A model generated the notes under the pieces. The model saw only the letters and a program-made list of their open reading frames with translations, was not told where the DNA came from and did not search any database. A stretch of 64,000 nt of DNA from Burkholderiales bacterium (GTDB lineage: Bacteria; Pseudomonadota; Gammaproteobacteria; Burkholderiales; SG8-39): assembly GCA_035459025.1 (NCBI GenBank), contig DATHYT010000085.1, forward strand, positions 64,133-128,132, written 5' to 3'. The translations under genes and the position numbers were made by a program. This document shows, piece by piece, positions 44,482 through 53,897 of the stretch (positions within the stretch are counted from its first letter, which is position 1; every line of letters starts with the position of its first letter).

Positions 44482-44914
44482 GCCGCTCGCGCAGCTGTTC
44501 GAGCTCGGTGCGGTCGGAGAACGCCAGCACCCAGTGCGTGACGCGGCCGTCGCTGCCGCGCACCGCCCTCACCGAAACCTCGACCCGCGCCAGCGAGCAG
44601 TCCTTGCGCTGCGTGCTCAGCACGACGCCAGGCGCGCCCTCGCAGTAGAGCTGCTCGGCGCGCGCCGCATCCATCGCCAGCAGCACGTGCGCCGGGCGCC
44701 CGAGCGCCTCCGCGGCGCGGTAGCCGAAGAAAGCCTCGAACGCCTGGTTCACGTAGGAGATCGGCCGCGAGCCGGCCGCGTCGGCAAGCGCCACCGGCAG
44801 GCCGCAGGCATCCAGCGCCGCGCGCGACAACGCCGCCTCGGCGAGCAGCCGGAACAGCGCGGGCGCGACCTCCGGGCGCGTGGCCCCCAGGCGCAATCTT
44901 TCAGCAACCGTCAT
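44468..44914 (-). CDS. Stand-alone PAS domain protein
   Basis: 148 aa with a PAS-like core (ISYVNQAFEAFFGYRAAEALGRP...VEVSVRAVRGSDGRVTHWVLAFSD). Confidence 0.75.
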   Translation of the reverse strand: MTVAERLRLGATRPEVAPALFRLLAEAALSRAALDACGLPVALADAAGSRPISYVNQAFEAFFGYRAAEALGRPAHVLLAMDAARAEQLYCEGAPGVVLSTQRKDCSLARVEVSVRAVRGSDGRVTHWVLAFSDRTELEQLRERLSRP

Positions 44915-45007
44915 GGAATTCTATTTGCCACGAGCCGCGGCGCGAGCGCAAGCGCCGGGGCGGCTAAATGCGGGGAATCGTGACAAACCCCACAGTACGT
45001 ACGCCCG

Positions 45008-45955
45008 CTAAGCGACCTTGGCGTCCCGGCGCGACAGCGAATAGCAGAAGCGCCGCAGGCGCTTCAGGTCGGCTTCCTCGATGGCGTCCTTCAGGAAGCG
45101 CATGTTGCGGTCGATCTCGCTCTGGTACAGGCTCGGGCCGTCGAAGTGCGCCTCGGCGTAGCGGTCGGCGCCGCCAAGCTTCTTCTCGATGCGCGCGCGG
45201 GCGACGTACTCGTAGAACCCGGGCGTTTTCAGCATCAGGTCTTCGGGCGAGGCGTAGCGCACGATCTCGCGTCCGTCGTCGAGCTTCTCGCGTGCGATGC
45301 GGCCCCAGACGAACTCCGGATAGAGGAACTCACGGCATTTCTCCAGGTACATGCGGTCCGACATCTGCCCGATCAGGTCGGCCGTGCCCACCAGGTAGCC
45401 GAGCAGGCGGTCCTTGGGGTCGTGCAGCATGATGTCGTCGATGTCCATCTCGTAGCCGGTGAAATGCACCAGCTTGGCCGCGGCGGGCGCCTCCTCGGCA
45501 AAGCCGATTCTCGGCAGGTAGCGCGAGAGGAAGTCGGCGCTGCGGCTGACGTGGATCTTGGTGAACACCGCGCCGTTCTCGATGTGCGCCTCGGAGGCGC
45601 GCTTCATGTAGCCGGAATCGTGCAGCAGCGCGACCACCATGCCGAGCATGGCGCGGCGCGCGCCGATGCGATCGTCCCCGGCGTGGCTGCGGTCGTGCCC
45701 GTCGAGCAGGCGCGCCATCGCCAGCGTCATGTCGAGCGTGTGGCGCAGATCGTGATACGGGGTGTCGCAGGGCAGGTACCCGGGAAAAGTCCCCTGGAAC
45801 AGGGACTTGACGTCCTCGAAGGCACCTCGCAAGGGCGACAGGTCGGCCCCGGGGTAGCGTGCCGCGAACAGGGTGAGCACCGCGTCGCGGACCTGCTCGG
45901 GGTCCTCTACGTTGATGTTGTTGGTGACGTCGTTCTGATTGAGACGGTCGTGCAC
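45008..45955 (-). CDS. HD-domain metal-dependent phosphohydrolase family protein
   Basis: GTG start. The His-Asp signature is YHDLRHTLD ... LLHDSGY. 315 aa. Confidence 0.8.
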   Translation of the reverse strand: MHDRLNQNDVTNNINVEDPEQVRDAVLTLFAARYPGADLSPLRGAFEDVKSLFQGTFPGYLPCDTPYHDLRHTLDMTLAMARLLDGHDRSHAGDDRIGARRAMLGMVVALLHDSGYMKRASEAHIENGAVFTKIHVSRSADFLSRYLPRIGFAEEAPAAAKLVHFTGYEMDIDDIMLHDPKDRLLGYLVGTADLIGQMSDRMYLEKCREFLYPEFVWGRIAREKLDDGREIVRYASPEDLMLKTPGFYEYVARARIEKKLGGADRYAEAHFDGPSLYQSEIDRNMRFLKDAIEEADLKRLRRFCYSLSRRDAKVA

Positions 45956-46093
45956 TTTTTAGTTGTGCGGGCCTTGGCGGCCCGTTCTTCCTCCGGCACG
46001 GATCGAGTTCCCGCATTATCCCGCCGTCGCGTCGCCGAAGGCAAAAGGAATTGTCAACTGCGGTGCACAAAGAGCGCGCGAACGCGGCGGTGA

Positions 46094-46429
46094 AAATGGG
46101 AGACGGCCGATAAGCCGGGTTCTGTGCCAAGGGGCGAACCCCTCGCGGCAGCCATTCCTCTGGGCCCGCGGTCACCCGCGGGCTCAAGCCACCTACCCGC
46201 AAGCTCGGCCGGGCCGGCCTCAGGCGCTTGCCTATTTGGTGTTGCTCCGGATGGAGGTTGCCCGTTTCACCCCTCGGGTGTGACCCCGAGGACTCGTCTC
46301 TGTGGCCCTGTTCGTCGCCTTGACGCCGCTTGCGCAGCGCTTATGCGCGCCGGGGAGTTACCCCGCATCCCGCCCTGTGGAGCCCGGACTTTCCTCTGTG
46401 TCGCCACAGCGGCTGCCTGGCCATCTCCC
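46094..46429 (-). ncRNA. rnpB: RNase P RNA, bacterial type A
   Basis: The reverse complement contains the universal blocks GAGGAAAGUCCGGGCUCCACAGGGC and ACAGAACCCGGCUUAUCGGCC. The P1 helix pairs 5' GGGAGAUGGCC (46429->46419) with 3' GGCCGUCUCCC (46108->46098). Ends are accurate to about +/-5 nt. Confidence 0.93.
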
Positions 46430-46435
46430 ATGCGC

Positions 46436-46441
46436 ATTCTA
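46436..46441 (-). promoter_or_regulatory. -10 box TAGAAT of rnpB
   Basis: TAGAAT on the minus strand, followed by 6 nt (GCGCAT) and then the first G of the P1 helix. It lies inside the 3' end of the DUF3025 gene. Confidence 0.55.
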
Positions 46442-47260
46442 CGCCTCGGTGGCCGCCGCCCCGCGCCCCGGCGGCCGAAAGTAGCGCGTGTCGAGGTAGA
46501 AATCGGCACCTCCGGTCTCGGGCAGCCAGCCGGGATACCCGAATACCGGCAGCGGCGCGAGCAGGCGCGGCGATGCGTCCGGCGGCAGCCGCGCGAGCCA
46601 ATCCGCGGCCTGCGCGTCGGCGTCGAGCACCGGGTCGATGAACAGTGCCTTGCAGGTGATCCCGGGCCAGGGCGCGAGCGCCTGCTCGAGCGTCGCGTGC
46701 CCGAGCACGATGAAGCGCATGGCCGCGCGCACCCGTTCGCGACGCTCCCAGAACAGGTCCTTCCAGCGGAACTCGCGTACCAAGGCCTTGAGCTCAGGTT
46801 CGGCGCACGCCACCAGAACGCCGCCCTCGTCCAGGATGGTCAGCAGGTCACGCAGGCGCCCGCGCTTTGCGCCCTCGTGCGGGATCGCCGCGGCGTGCAG
46901 CGCGTTGATGCGCGCCTTGGTGCGGGGAAAGGCGAGCCAGGCGAGCGCGTTGAACAGGTCGTGGCGGTTGCCCGCGCGCGTCTGTACCTGCCCGGTCTCG
47001 TACAGGTGGACCTCGTAGTACGGGTCGCTTGCCGCCGGCGGCACGAAGCGCACCGGCCGCCCGCGCTCGGTGCGCAACGCGGCGCGCTCGGCGGCCGCGT
47101 TGAGCGCGTCGAGTCCGGGCGCGGGGCCCAGCGCCTCGAGCCAGGGCCGCAGCGGATCGAAGATCGGATGGGCTAGGCGAGCGTCCAGGGCACGGTCTCG
47201 CCCGCGCGCAGCGGCACGAGCTGCTCGGCGCCGAACTGGAGGGACGCCGGCACCGTCCAC
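46439..47260 (-). CDS. DUF3025 domain protein
   Basis: 273 aa ([23 protein letters not shown]..., C-terminus [13 protein letters not shown]). The only upstream start is the GTG at 47260, which overlaps pyrC by 88 nt, so the start is uncertain. Confidence 0.75.
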   Translation of the reverse strand: MDGAGVPPVRRRAARAAARGRDRALDARLAHPIFDPLRPWLEALGPAPGLDALNAAAERAALRTERGRPVRFVPPAASDPYYEVHLYETGQVQTRAGNRHDLFNALAWLAFPRTKARINALHAAAIPHEGAKRGRLRDLLTILDEGGVLVACAEPELKALVREFRWKDLFWERRERVRAAMRFIVLGHATLEQALAPWPGITCKALFIDPVLDADAQAADWLARLPPDASPRLLAPLPVFGYPGWLPETGGADFYLDTRYFRPPGRGAAATEA

Positions 47261-48204
47261 TCACGGCGCTCCAGCGTGACGCTGCCGCTGTTGACCGGCA
47301 GGCCGTAGAACTGCGGGCCGAAACGGCTGGCGAACCCTTCGAGCTTGTCCAGCGCCCCGGCTTCCTCGAACGCCGCCGCATAGAGCTCGAGCGCGGCGTG
47401 CGCCGTATAGATGCCGGCGCAGCCGCACGCCGCTTCCTTCGTGTGGCGCGCATGCGGCGCGCTGTCGGTGCCGAGGAAGTACTTGGGATTGCCCGAGATG
47501 GCGGCCTCGACCAGCGCTTCGCGGTGCGCCTCGCGTTTGAGCACGGGCAGGCAGTAGTGGTGTGGCCGCACGCCGCCCAGGAACAGGGCGTTGCGGTTGA
47601 GCAGCAGGTGGTGCGCGGTGATGGTGGCGGCAATGTTGGGGCCGGTGACTTCCACGAACTGCGCGGCCTCGCGCGTGGTGATGTGCTCGAGCACCACCTT
47701 GAGACCGCGGAAACGCTCGATCAACGGGCTGAGTACTTCCTCGATGAACACCGCCTCGCGATCGAACACGTCCACCTCGGGGTCGGTGACCTCGCCATGC
47801 ACGAGCAGCGGCATCCCCAGCGCTTCCATCTTCTCCAGCGCGTGAAAGCAGCGCGAGATGCGCGTCACGCCCGCCGTGGAGTGCGTGGTCGCGCCGGCCG
47901 GGTAAAGCTTCACCGCGTGCACCTGGCCCGAAGCGCGCGCGGCCGCAATCTCCTCCGGCGGCGTATTGTCGGTGAGGTAAAGCGTCATCAGCGGCTCGAA
48001 CTGCGCGCCTTCCGGCAGCGCCGCCAGGATGCGCTCGCGATAGGCGAGCGCCTCCTGCGTGGTGCGCACCGGCGTGCGCAGGTTGGGCATGACGATGGCG
48101 CGCGCGAAGCGCCGCGCGCTGTCGGGAAGCACCGCGGCCATCTGCGGGCCGTCGCGCAGGTGCAGGTGCCAGTCGTCGGGACGAATCAGCGTGAGGCGAT
48201 CCAT
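47173..48204 (-). CDS. pyrC: Dihydroorotase (class II)
   Basis: 343 aa starting [19 protein letters not shown]. Colinear with E. coli PyrC. Confidence 0.95.
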   Translation of the reverse strand: MDRLTLIRPDDWHLHLRDGPQMAAVLPDSARRFARAIVMPNLRTPVRTTQEALAYRERILAALPEGAQFEPLMTLYLTDNTPPEEIAAARASGQVHAVKLYPAGATTHSTAGVTRISRCFHALEKMEALGMPLLVHGEVTDPEVDVFDREAVFIEEVLSPLIERFRGLKVVLEHITTREAAQFVEVTGPNIAATITAHHLLLNRNALFLGGVRPHHYCLPVLKREAHREALVEAAISGNPKYFLGTDSAPHARHTKEAACGCAGIYTAHAALELYAAAFEEAGALDKLEGFASRFGPQFYGLPVNSGSVTLERREWTVPASLQFGAEQLVPLRAGETVPWTLA

Positions 48205-48210
48205 GGCGCG

Positions 48211-48216
48211 ATTCTA
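48211..48216 (-). promoter_or_regulatory. TAGAAT box 6 nt upstream of the pyrC ATG; its TAG is the rsmI stop codon
   Basis: Minus strand: TAGAAT-cgcgcc-ATG. No SD. The spacing is the same as the rnpB box-to-+1 distance. Confidence 0.4.
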
Positions 48217-49083
48217 CTTGCCGCGTTCCAGCGCGCGCTTGTAGAGCGCGTTGCGCGGCACGCCGGTGATGCGCGCCGCGAGCTTCGCCGCCTCGCCCGC
48301 GGGCAGCGCCTCGAGCAGCGCGTCGAGCACGCGCCCAGCGGCCTCGGCGTCGGGCGCGGCAGGCGCGCCGGGGCCGAGGACCAGCACGAATTCGCCCTGC
48401 TGGCGGTGCGCATCGGCCTCGAGCCAGGCGGGCGCCGCGGCGAGCGGCAGGCGCGCCACCTCCTCGAACTTCTTCGTCAGCTCGCGCGCAATGACGACCT
48501 CGCGCTCGCCGCCGAAGCGCTCGAGCAGGTCCTGCACGCACTCGCGCACGCGATGGGGCGCCTCGTACAGGACGAGCGGCCACGGCACGTCAAGCGCCGC
48601 CAGCGCCTTGCGCCGCGCCGAGGTCTTCGGCGGCAGGAAGCCGACGAACAGGAACCCGCCCGCCGCAAAGCCGGCGGCCGAGTAGGCCGCCAGGGCGGCG
48701 CTCGGGCCAGGGACGGGGACGACCCGCACGCCGGCGCGGTGCGCCGCCGCGACCAGCCATGCGCCCGGGTCCGAGACCGCGGGCGTGCCGGCGTCGCTCA
48801 CCAGGGCGACACTGCGGCCGGCCTGCAGGTCGGCGAGCACCTGTGCCGAGGCGGCACGCTCGTTGTGCGCGTGCAGGGCGACGGTCGCGCGCTCGATGCC
48901 GTGGCGCGCGAGCAGCGTGCGCGTGGTGCGCGTGTCCTCGCACACCACGACATCTGCCTCGCGCAGGGTCTGGAGCGCGCGCGGCGCGACGTCGGCGAGG
49001 TTGCCGATGGGCGTGGCGACGACGAACAGGGTTCCCTGAGGCACGGTCAACGGGAGGGTGGGCGGTGGCGTTAAGGGTGCCAT
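48214..49083 (-). CDS. rsmI: 16S rRNA (cytidine1402-2'-O)-methyltransferase
   Basis: ATG at 49083 (MAPLTPPP...), 289 aa. Motifs: LFVVATPIGNLADV..., EDTR, YEAPHR. The track ORF is 5'-extended. Confidence 0.9.
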   Translation of the reverse strand: MAPLTPPPTLPLTVPQGTLFVVATPIGNLADVAPRALQTLREADVVVCEDTRTTRTLLARHGIERATVALHAHNERAASAQVLADLQAGRSVALVSDAGTPAVSDPGAWLVAAAHRAGVRVVPVPGPSAALAAYSAAGFAAGGFLFVGFLPPKTSARRKALAALDVPWPLVLYEAPHRVRECVQDLLERFGGEREVVIARELTKKFEEVARLPLAAAPAWLEADAHRQQGEFVLVLGPGAPAAPDAEAAGRVLDALLEALPAGEAAKLAARITGVPRNALYKRALERGK

Positions 49084-49423
49084 GAACGCGGCGGGCATGC
49101 GAGCCGAGGAGCTTTGCGCCGAGCTGCTGCGCAAAGCGGGACTGCGCATCCTGGCGCGCAACTGGCGCTGCCGGCTGGGCGAGATCGACCTGGTGGCCGA
49201 GGACGGCGCGACGCTGGTCTTCGCCGAGGTGCGCCTGCGCCGGGACGCCGCCCATGGCGGCGCCGGCGAAAGCATCACCGCGGCCAAGCGCGCGCGGCTG
49301 CTCGCCGCCGCGCGCCTGTATCTCGCCGGGCGCGCCGGCACCGACTGCCGCTTCGATGTGCTGCTGCTCGACCAGCTGGCGCCGGCGCGCATCCGCTGGA
49401 TCCGCAACGCCTTCGGCGAGTAG
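49082..49423 (+). CDS. yraN: YraN family (UPF0102) endonuclease-like protein
   Basis: The motif is LARNWRCRLGEIDLVAEDGATLVFAEVRLR. Start is the ATG at 49082, with alternatives at 49097 and 49058. It is divergent from rsmI, as in E. coli. Confidence 0.85.
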   Translation: MNAAGMRAEELCAELLRKAGLRILARNWRCRLGEIDLVAEDGATLVFAEVRLRRDAAHGGAGESITAAKRARLLAAARLYLAGRAGTDCRFDVLLLDQLAPARIRWIRNAFGE

Positions 49424-49446
49424 GCGCGAGGCGTTGGCGCGGCGTG

Positions 49447-49452
49447 TAGAAT
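49447..49452 (+). promoter_or_regulatory. TAGAAT box 9 nt upstream of the SIS-protein ATG
   Basis: Sequence gtgTAGAATcatgccgccATG with no SD. Confidence 0.3.
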
Positions 49453-49461
49453 CATGCCGCC

Positions 49462-50079
49462 ATGGGTCACGCCGAGCAAAGCGCGGCGCTCGCTGAGCGC
49501 GTCGCGGCGCACTTCGCCGACAGCGCGCAACTGAAAGTCGCAGCAGCGCAGGCGCTAGCCGGACCGATCGCGCGCGCCGTCGAGGCAATGTGCGCGGCGC
49601 TGCGCGGCGGCGGCAAGGTGCTCGCCTGCGGCAACGGCGGCTCGGCCGCCGACGCGCAGCATTTCGCCGCAGAGCTCGTCAACCGCTTCGAGCGCGAGCG
49701 TCCGCCGCTCGCCGCGGTGTCGCTGGCGGCCGACAGCTCCAACCTCACCTCGATCGCCAACGACTACGGCTACGAGCAGGTGTTCGAGAAGCAGGTGCGG
49801 GCGCTAGGCCGCAAGGGCGATGTGCTGCTGGCGATCTCGACCTCGGGCAACTCGGAGAGCGTGCTGCGCGCGATGTCCGCGGCGCGCGAGCTCGGCCTGG
49901 TGACGGTGGCGCTGACCGGCCGCGGCGGCGGCAAGATGGGCGTCGCGCTCGGTGCCGGCGACGTGCACGTGTGCGTGCCGCACGAGCGCACCATGCGCAT
50001 CCAGGAGGTGCACCTCCTCGCGCTGCACTGCCTGTGCGACGGCATCGATTCCCTGCTGTTCGGAGCCAACAAGCCATGA
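49462..50079 (+). CDS. SIS-domain phosphoheptose isomerase family protein (GmhA/DiaA-like)
   Basis: Motifs: [28 protein letters not shown] and [10 protein letters not shown]. Its position after yraN matches E. coli diaA. Confidence 0.9.
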   Translation: MGHAEQSAALAERVAAHFADSAQLKVAAAQALAGPIARAVEAMCAALRGGGKVLACGNGGSAADAQHFAAELVNRFERERPPLAAVSLAADSSNLTSIANDYGYEQVFEKQVRALGRKGDVLLAISTSGNSESVLRAMSAARELGLVTVALTGRGGGKMGVALGAGDVHVCVPHERTMRIQEVHLLALHCLCDGIDSLLFGANKP

Positions 50080-50684
50080 AAATCGTTCGCAGATTGACTC
50101 TTGCCGCGGCGGCGCTCGCGGCCCTGCTCCTGCTGCAGGGGTGCGTCGAGATGATGGTCGTGGGTACCGGCGTGGCCGTGGCGACGGTCGAGGACCGGCG
50201 CACCACCGGCGTACAGCTCGAGGACCGCGGCATCGAGCTGCGCGCGGCGAACCGGATCGACGACCGCTTCGGCGAGCGCGTGCACGTAAACGTGACCTCG
50301 TTCAACCGCTACGTCCTGCTCACCGGGGAAGTAGGGGACGAAGCGACCCGCACCGAGATCGAGACCCTGACGCGCGGCGTGCCCAACGTGCTGGGCGTCA
50401 GCAACGACCTGCAGATCGCCGGCAAGTCCTCGACCACCTCGCGCTCCAACGACACCCTCATCACCTCCAAGGTGAAGACGCGCTTCGCCGACGCCAACCG
50501 TTTCAACGTGTTTCACGTCAAGGTGGTGACCGAGGCCGCGGTGGTGTACCTGCTTGGCATCGTCACCGAGCAGGAGTCGGCCGACGCGGTGGAGATCGCG
50601 CGCACCACGGCGGGGGTGCGCAAGGTGGTGAAGATGTTCGAGTACTGCAAGCCCGACGACCCAGTGTGCCGGCGGCGCCAGTAG
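50076..50684 (+). CDS. BON-domain lipoprotein (DolP/YraP-like)
   Basis: The ATG at 50076 overlaps the previous TGA (ATGA). Lipobox LLLQGC. Two BON-like repeats. Confidence 0.85.
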   Translation: MKIVRRLTLAAAALAALLLLQGCVEMMVVGTGVAVATVEDRRTTGVQLEDRGIELRAANRIDDRFGERVHVNVTSFNRYVLLTGEVGDEATRTEIETLTRGVPNVLGVSNDLQIAGKSSTTSRSNDTLITSKVKTRFADANRFNVFHVKVVTEAAVVYLLGIVTEQESADAVEIARTTAGVRKVVKMFEYCKPDDPVCRRRQ

Positions 50685-51325
50685 CGTCCGGCGCGCCGGC
50701 CTTCGAGGCCAGGATCCTCGCGCCGGAGGCCGCGGCGCGCTGGGCAGCGGCAGCGCCGCGGCCGCTCGTGTTCACCAACGGCGTGTTCGACATCCTGCAC
50801 CGCGGGCACGTCACCTACCTCGCACGCGCACGCGCGCTCGGCGCGGCGCTCATCGTGGCGCTGAACGGCGACGCTTCGGCGCGGCGGCTGGACAAGGGGC
50901 CGGGCCGGCCGGTCAATCCCCTCGCCGACCGCCTGGCACTGGTCGCGGCGCTCGAGGCGGTGGATGCGGTCACCTGGTTCGACGACGACACGCCTGCCGC
51001 GCTCATCGACGCCTGCCGCCCCGACGTGCTGGTGAAGGGGGGCGATTGGCCGGCGGCGAAGATCGTGGGCGCGGCCGGGGTGCTTGCACGCGGCGGCACG
51101 GTGCATTCGATCCCGTTCGAGCACGCGCGCTCGACGACGGCGCTGCTCGAGCGGATCGGGGCCAGGGGCGCAGCCCGAAAGACAGCGCGCCGGGCGTCGG
51201 CGCAGCGGCGCAAGGCGCGCGCGGCAGGAAGCCGAGCGCGCGGTAAAGGGCGATCGCCGAAACCATCTTCGGCAGCGTATCGAGGCGCAACACGGCGTAC
51301 CCCGAGGCGCGCGCCGCGGCGATAA
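50666..51325 (+). CDS. hldC: D-glycero-beta-D-manno-heptose 1-phosphate adenylyltransferase (RfaE domain II / HldC) with anomalous ~55-aa Arg-rich C-terminal extension
   Basis: Motifs: [17 protein letters not shown] and LVKGGDW...STTALLERI. Homology ends near 51157, but the frame stays open to 51325. The probable start is the GTG at 50666. Confidence 0.8.
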   Translation: MPAAPVASGAPAFEARILAPEAAARWAAAAPRPLVFTNGVFDILHRGHVTYLARARALGAALIVALNGDASARRLDKGPGRPVNPLADRLALVAALEAVDAVTWFDDDTPAALIDACRPDVLVKGGDWPAAKIVGAAGVLARGGTVHSIPFEHARSTTALLERIGARGAARKTARRASAQRRKARAAGSRARGKGRSPKPSSAAYRGATRRTPRRAPRR

Positions 51326-51380
51326 TTGCCTGTGCGAGGCTGCGGCCCTGCAACGCTAGGGGCACGTAGAGCCGCTTCAT
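51171..51380 (-). pseudogene. GNAT acetyltransferase C-terminal remnant (about 70 codons, 5'-truncated, no proper stop)
   Basis: The frame reads (A)[57 protein letters not shown]...PGALSFGL, which matches only GNAT motifs A/B. The N-terminal half of the fold is absent. The frame runs on antisense into hldC. Confidence 0.55.
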
Positions 51381-51428
51381 CTCGGCCGCCCCGCCGCCGC
51401 CCCCGGCACCGACCAGGCACAGCATTGC

Positions 51429-51434
51429 TATCAT
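51429..51434 (+). promoter_or_regulatory. TATCAT box 6 nt upstream of the GTG at 51441
   Basis: Sequence ttgcTATCATgctccgGTG with no SD. Confidence 0.3.
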
Positions 51435-51440
51435 GCTCCG

Positions 51441-51963
51441 GTGAAACTGCGCCAGCTCAAGGTGGACTACAACGCCGAGCAGGATCGGCTGCTCATGCTG
51501 ATCGCGGCGAGCGACGCCGTGGAGCTGCGCATGTGGCTCACGCGCCGCTTCGTGAAGCTGCTGTGGCCGCTGCTCGTGAAGCTCGCCGAGGAGGCGAGCC
51601 CGCGCATCCGCACCCAGGCCAATCCCGAGGCGCGCAAGGCGCTGCTCGGCATCGAGCACCAGCAGGCAGTGCAGAAGGCCGACTTCAGCAAGGCCTACGA
51701 AGGAAAGTCGCGCAACATGCCGCTCGGCGAAGCGCCGCTCCTGCTCGGACGCATCCAGACCGGGCACGACCGCAAGGGTCAGCCGGTGCTCGCCATGCAT
51801 CCGGCCGAGGGGCAGGGCGTCACGCTGACGCTGGACGCGGTGCTGCTGCATTCGCTGTGCCGGCTGCTGCAGGCGGCGGTGAAGAAAAGCGGCTGGGACA
51901 TGGAGCTCAAGCTCCCGGGCACCGACGCGGCGCCCGCGGCCGACGAGCACGCCGGGCGCACGC

Positions 51964-51971
<8 letters not shown>
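51441..51971 (+). CDS. Hypothetical protein (176 aa, soluble, no family recognised)
   Basis: GTG start. Balanced amino-acid composition and high GC3 in this frame. It overlaps the ABC-F 3' end by 8 nt. Confidence 0.6.
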
Positions 51972-53871
<1,900 letters not shown>

Positions 53872-53881
53872 GCGGGGACGG

Positions 53882-53889
53882 AGTATAAT
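53882..53889. promoter_or_regulatory. Overlapping back-to-back -10 boxes in the 26-bp ABC-F/rhlE divergent spacer
   Basis: Plus strand: TATAAT (53884-53889), 8 nt before the rhlE TTG at 53898. Minus strand: TATACT (53887->53882), 10 nt before the ABC-F ATG at 53871. No SD on either side. Confidence 0.4.
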
Positions 53890-53897
53890 TCGCGCTC

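Noticed and set aside
44915-44923. A TAGAAT box only 3 nt upstream of the PAS gene ATG, considered as another leaderless promoter.
   Set aside because: The spacing is too short. A transcript from this box would start inside the ORF. It was not counted in the leaderless set and is mentioned only as a caveat on the PAS start.
45956-46093. TTGACA and GATAAT motifs on the minus strand between rnpB and the HD gene, considered as a promoter. A small hairpin CGGGCC-GCCAA-GGCCCG was also noted.
   Set aside because: The two hexamers are 31 nt apart, which is not a functional spacing. The hairpin has no T-tract. The evidence is insufficient to call a promoter or an rnpB terminator.
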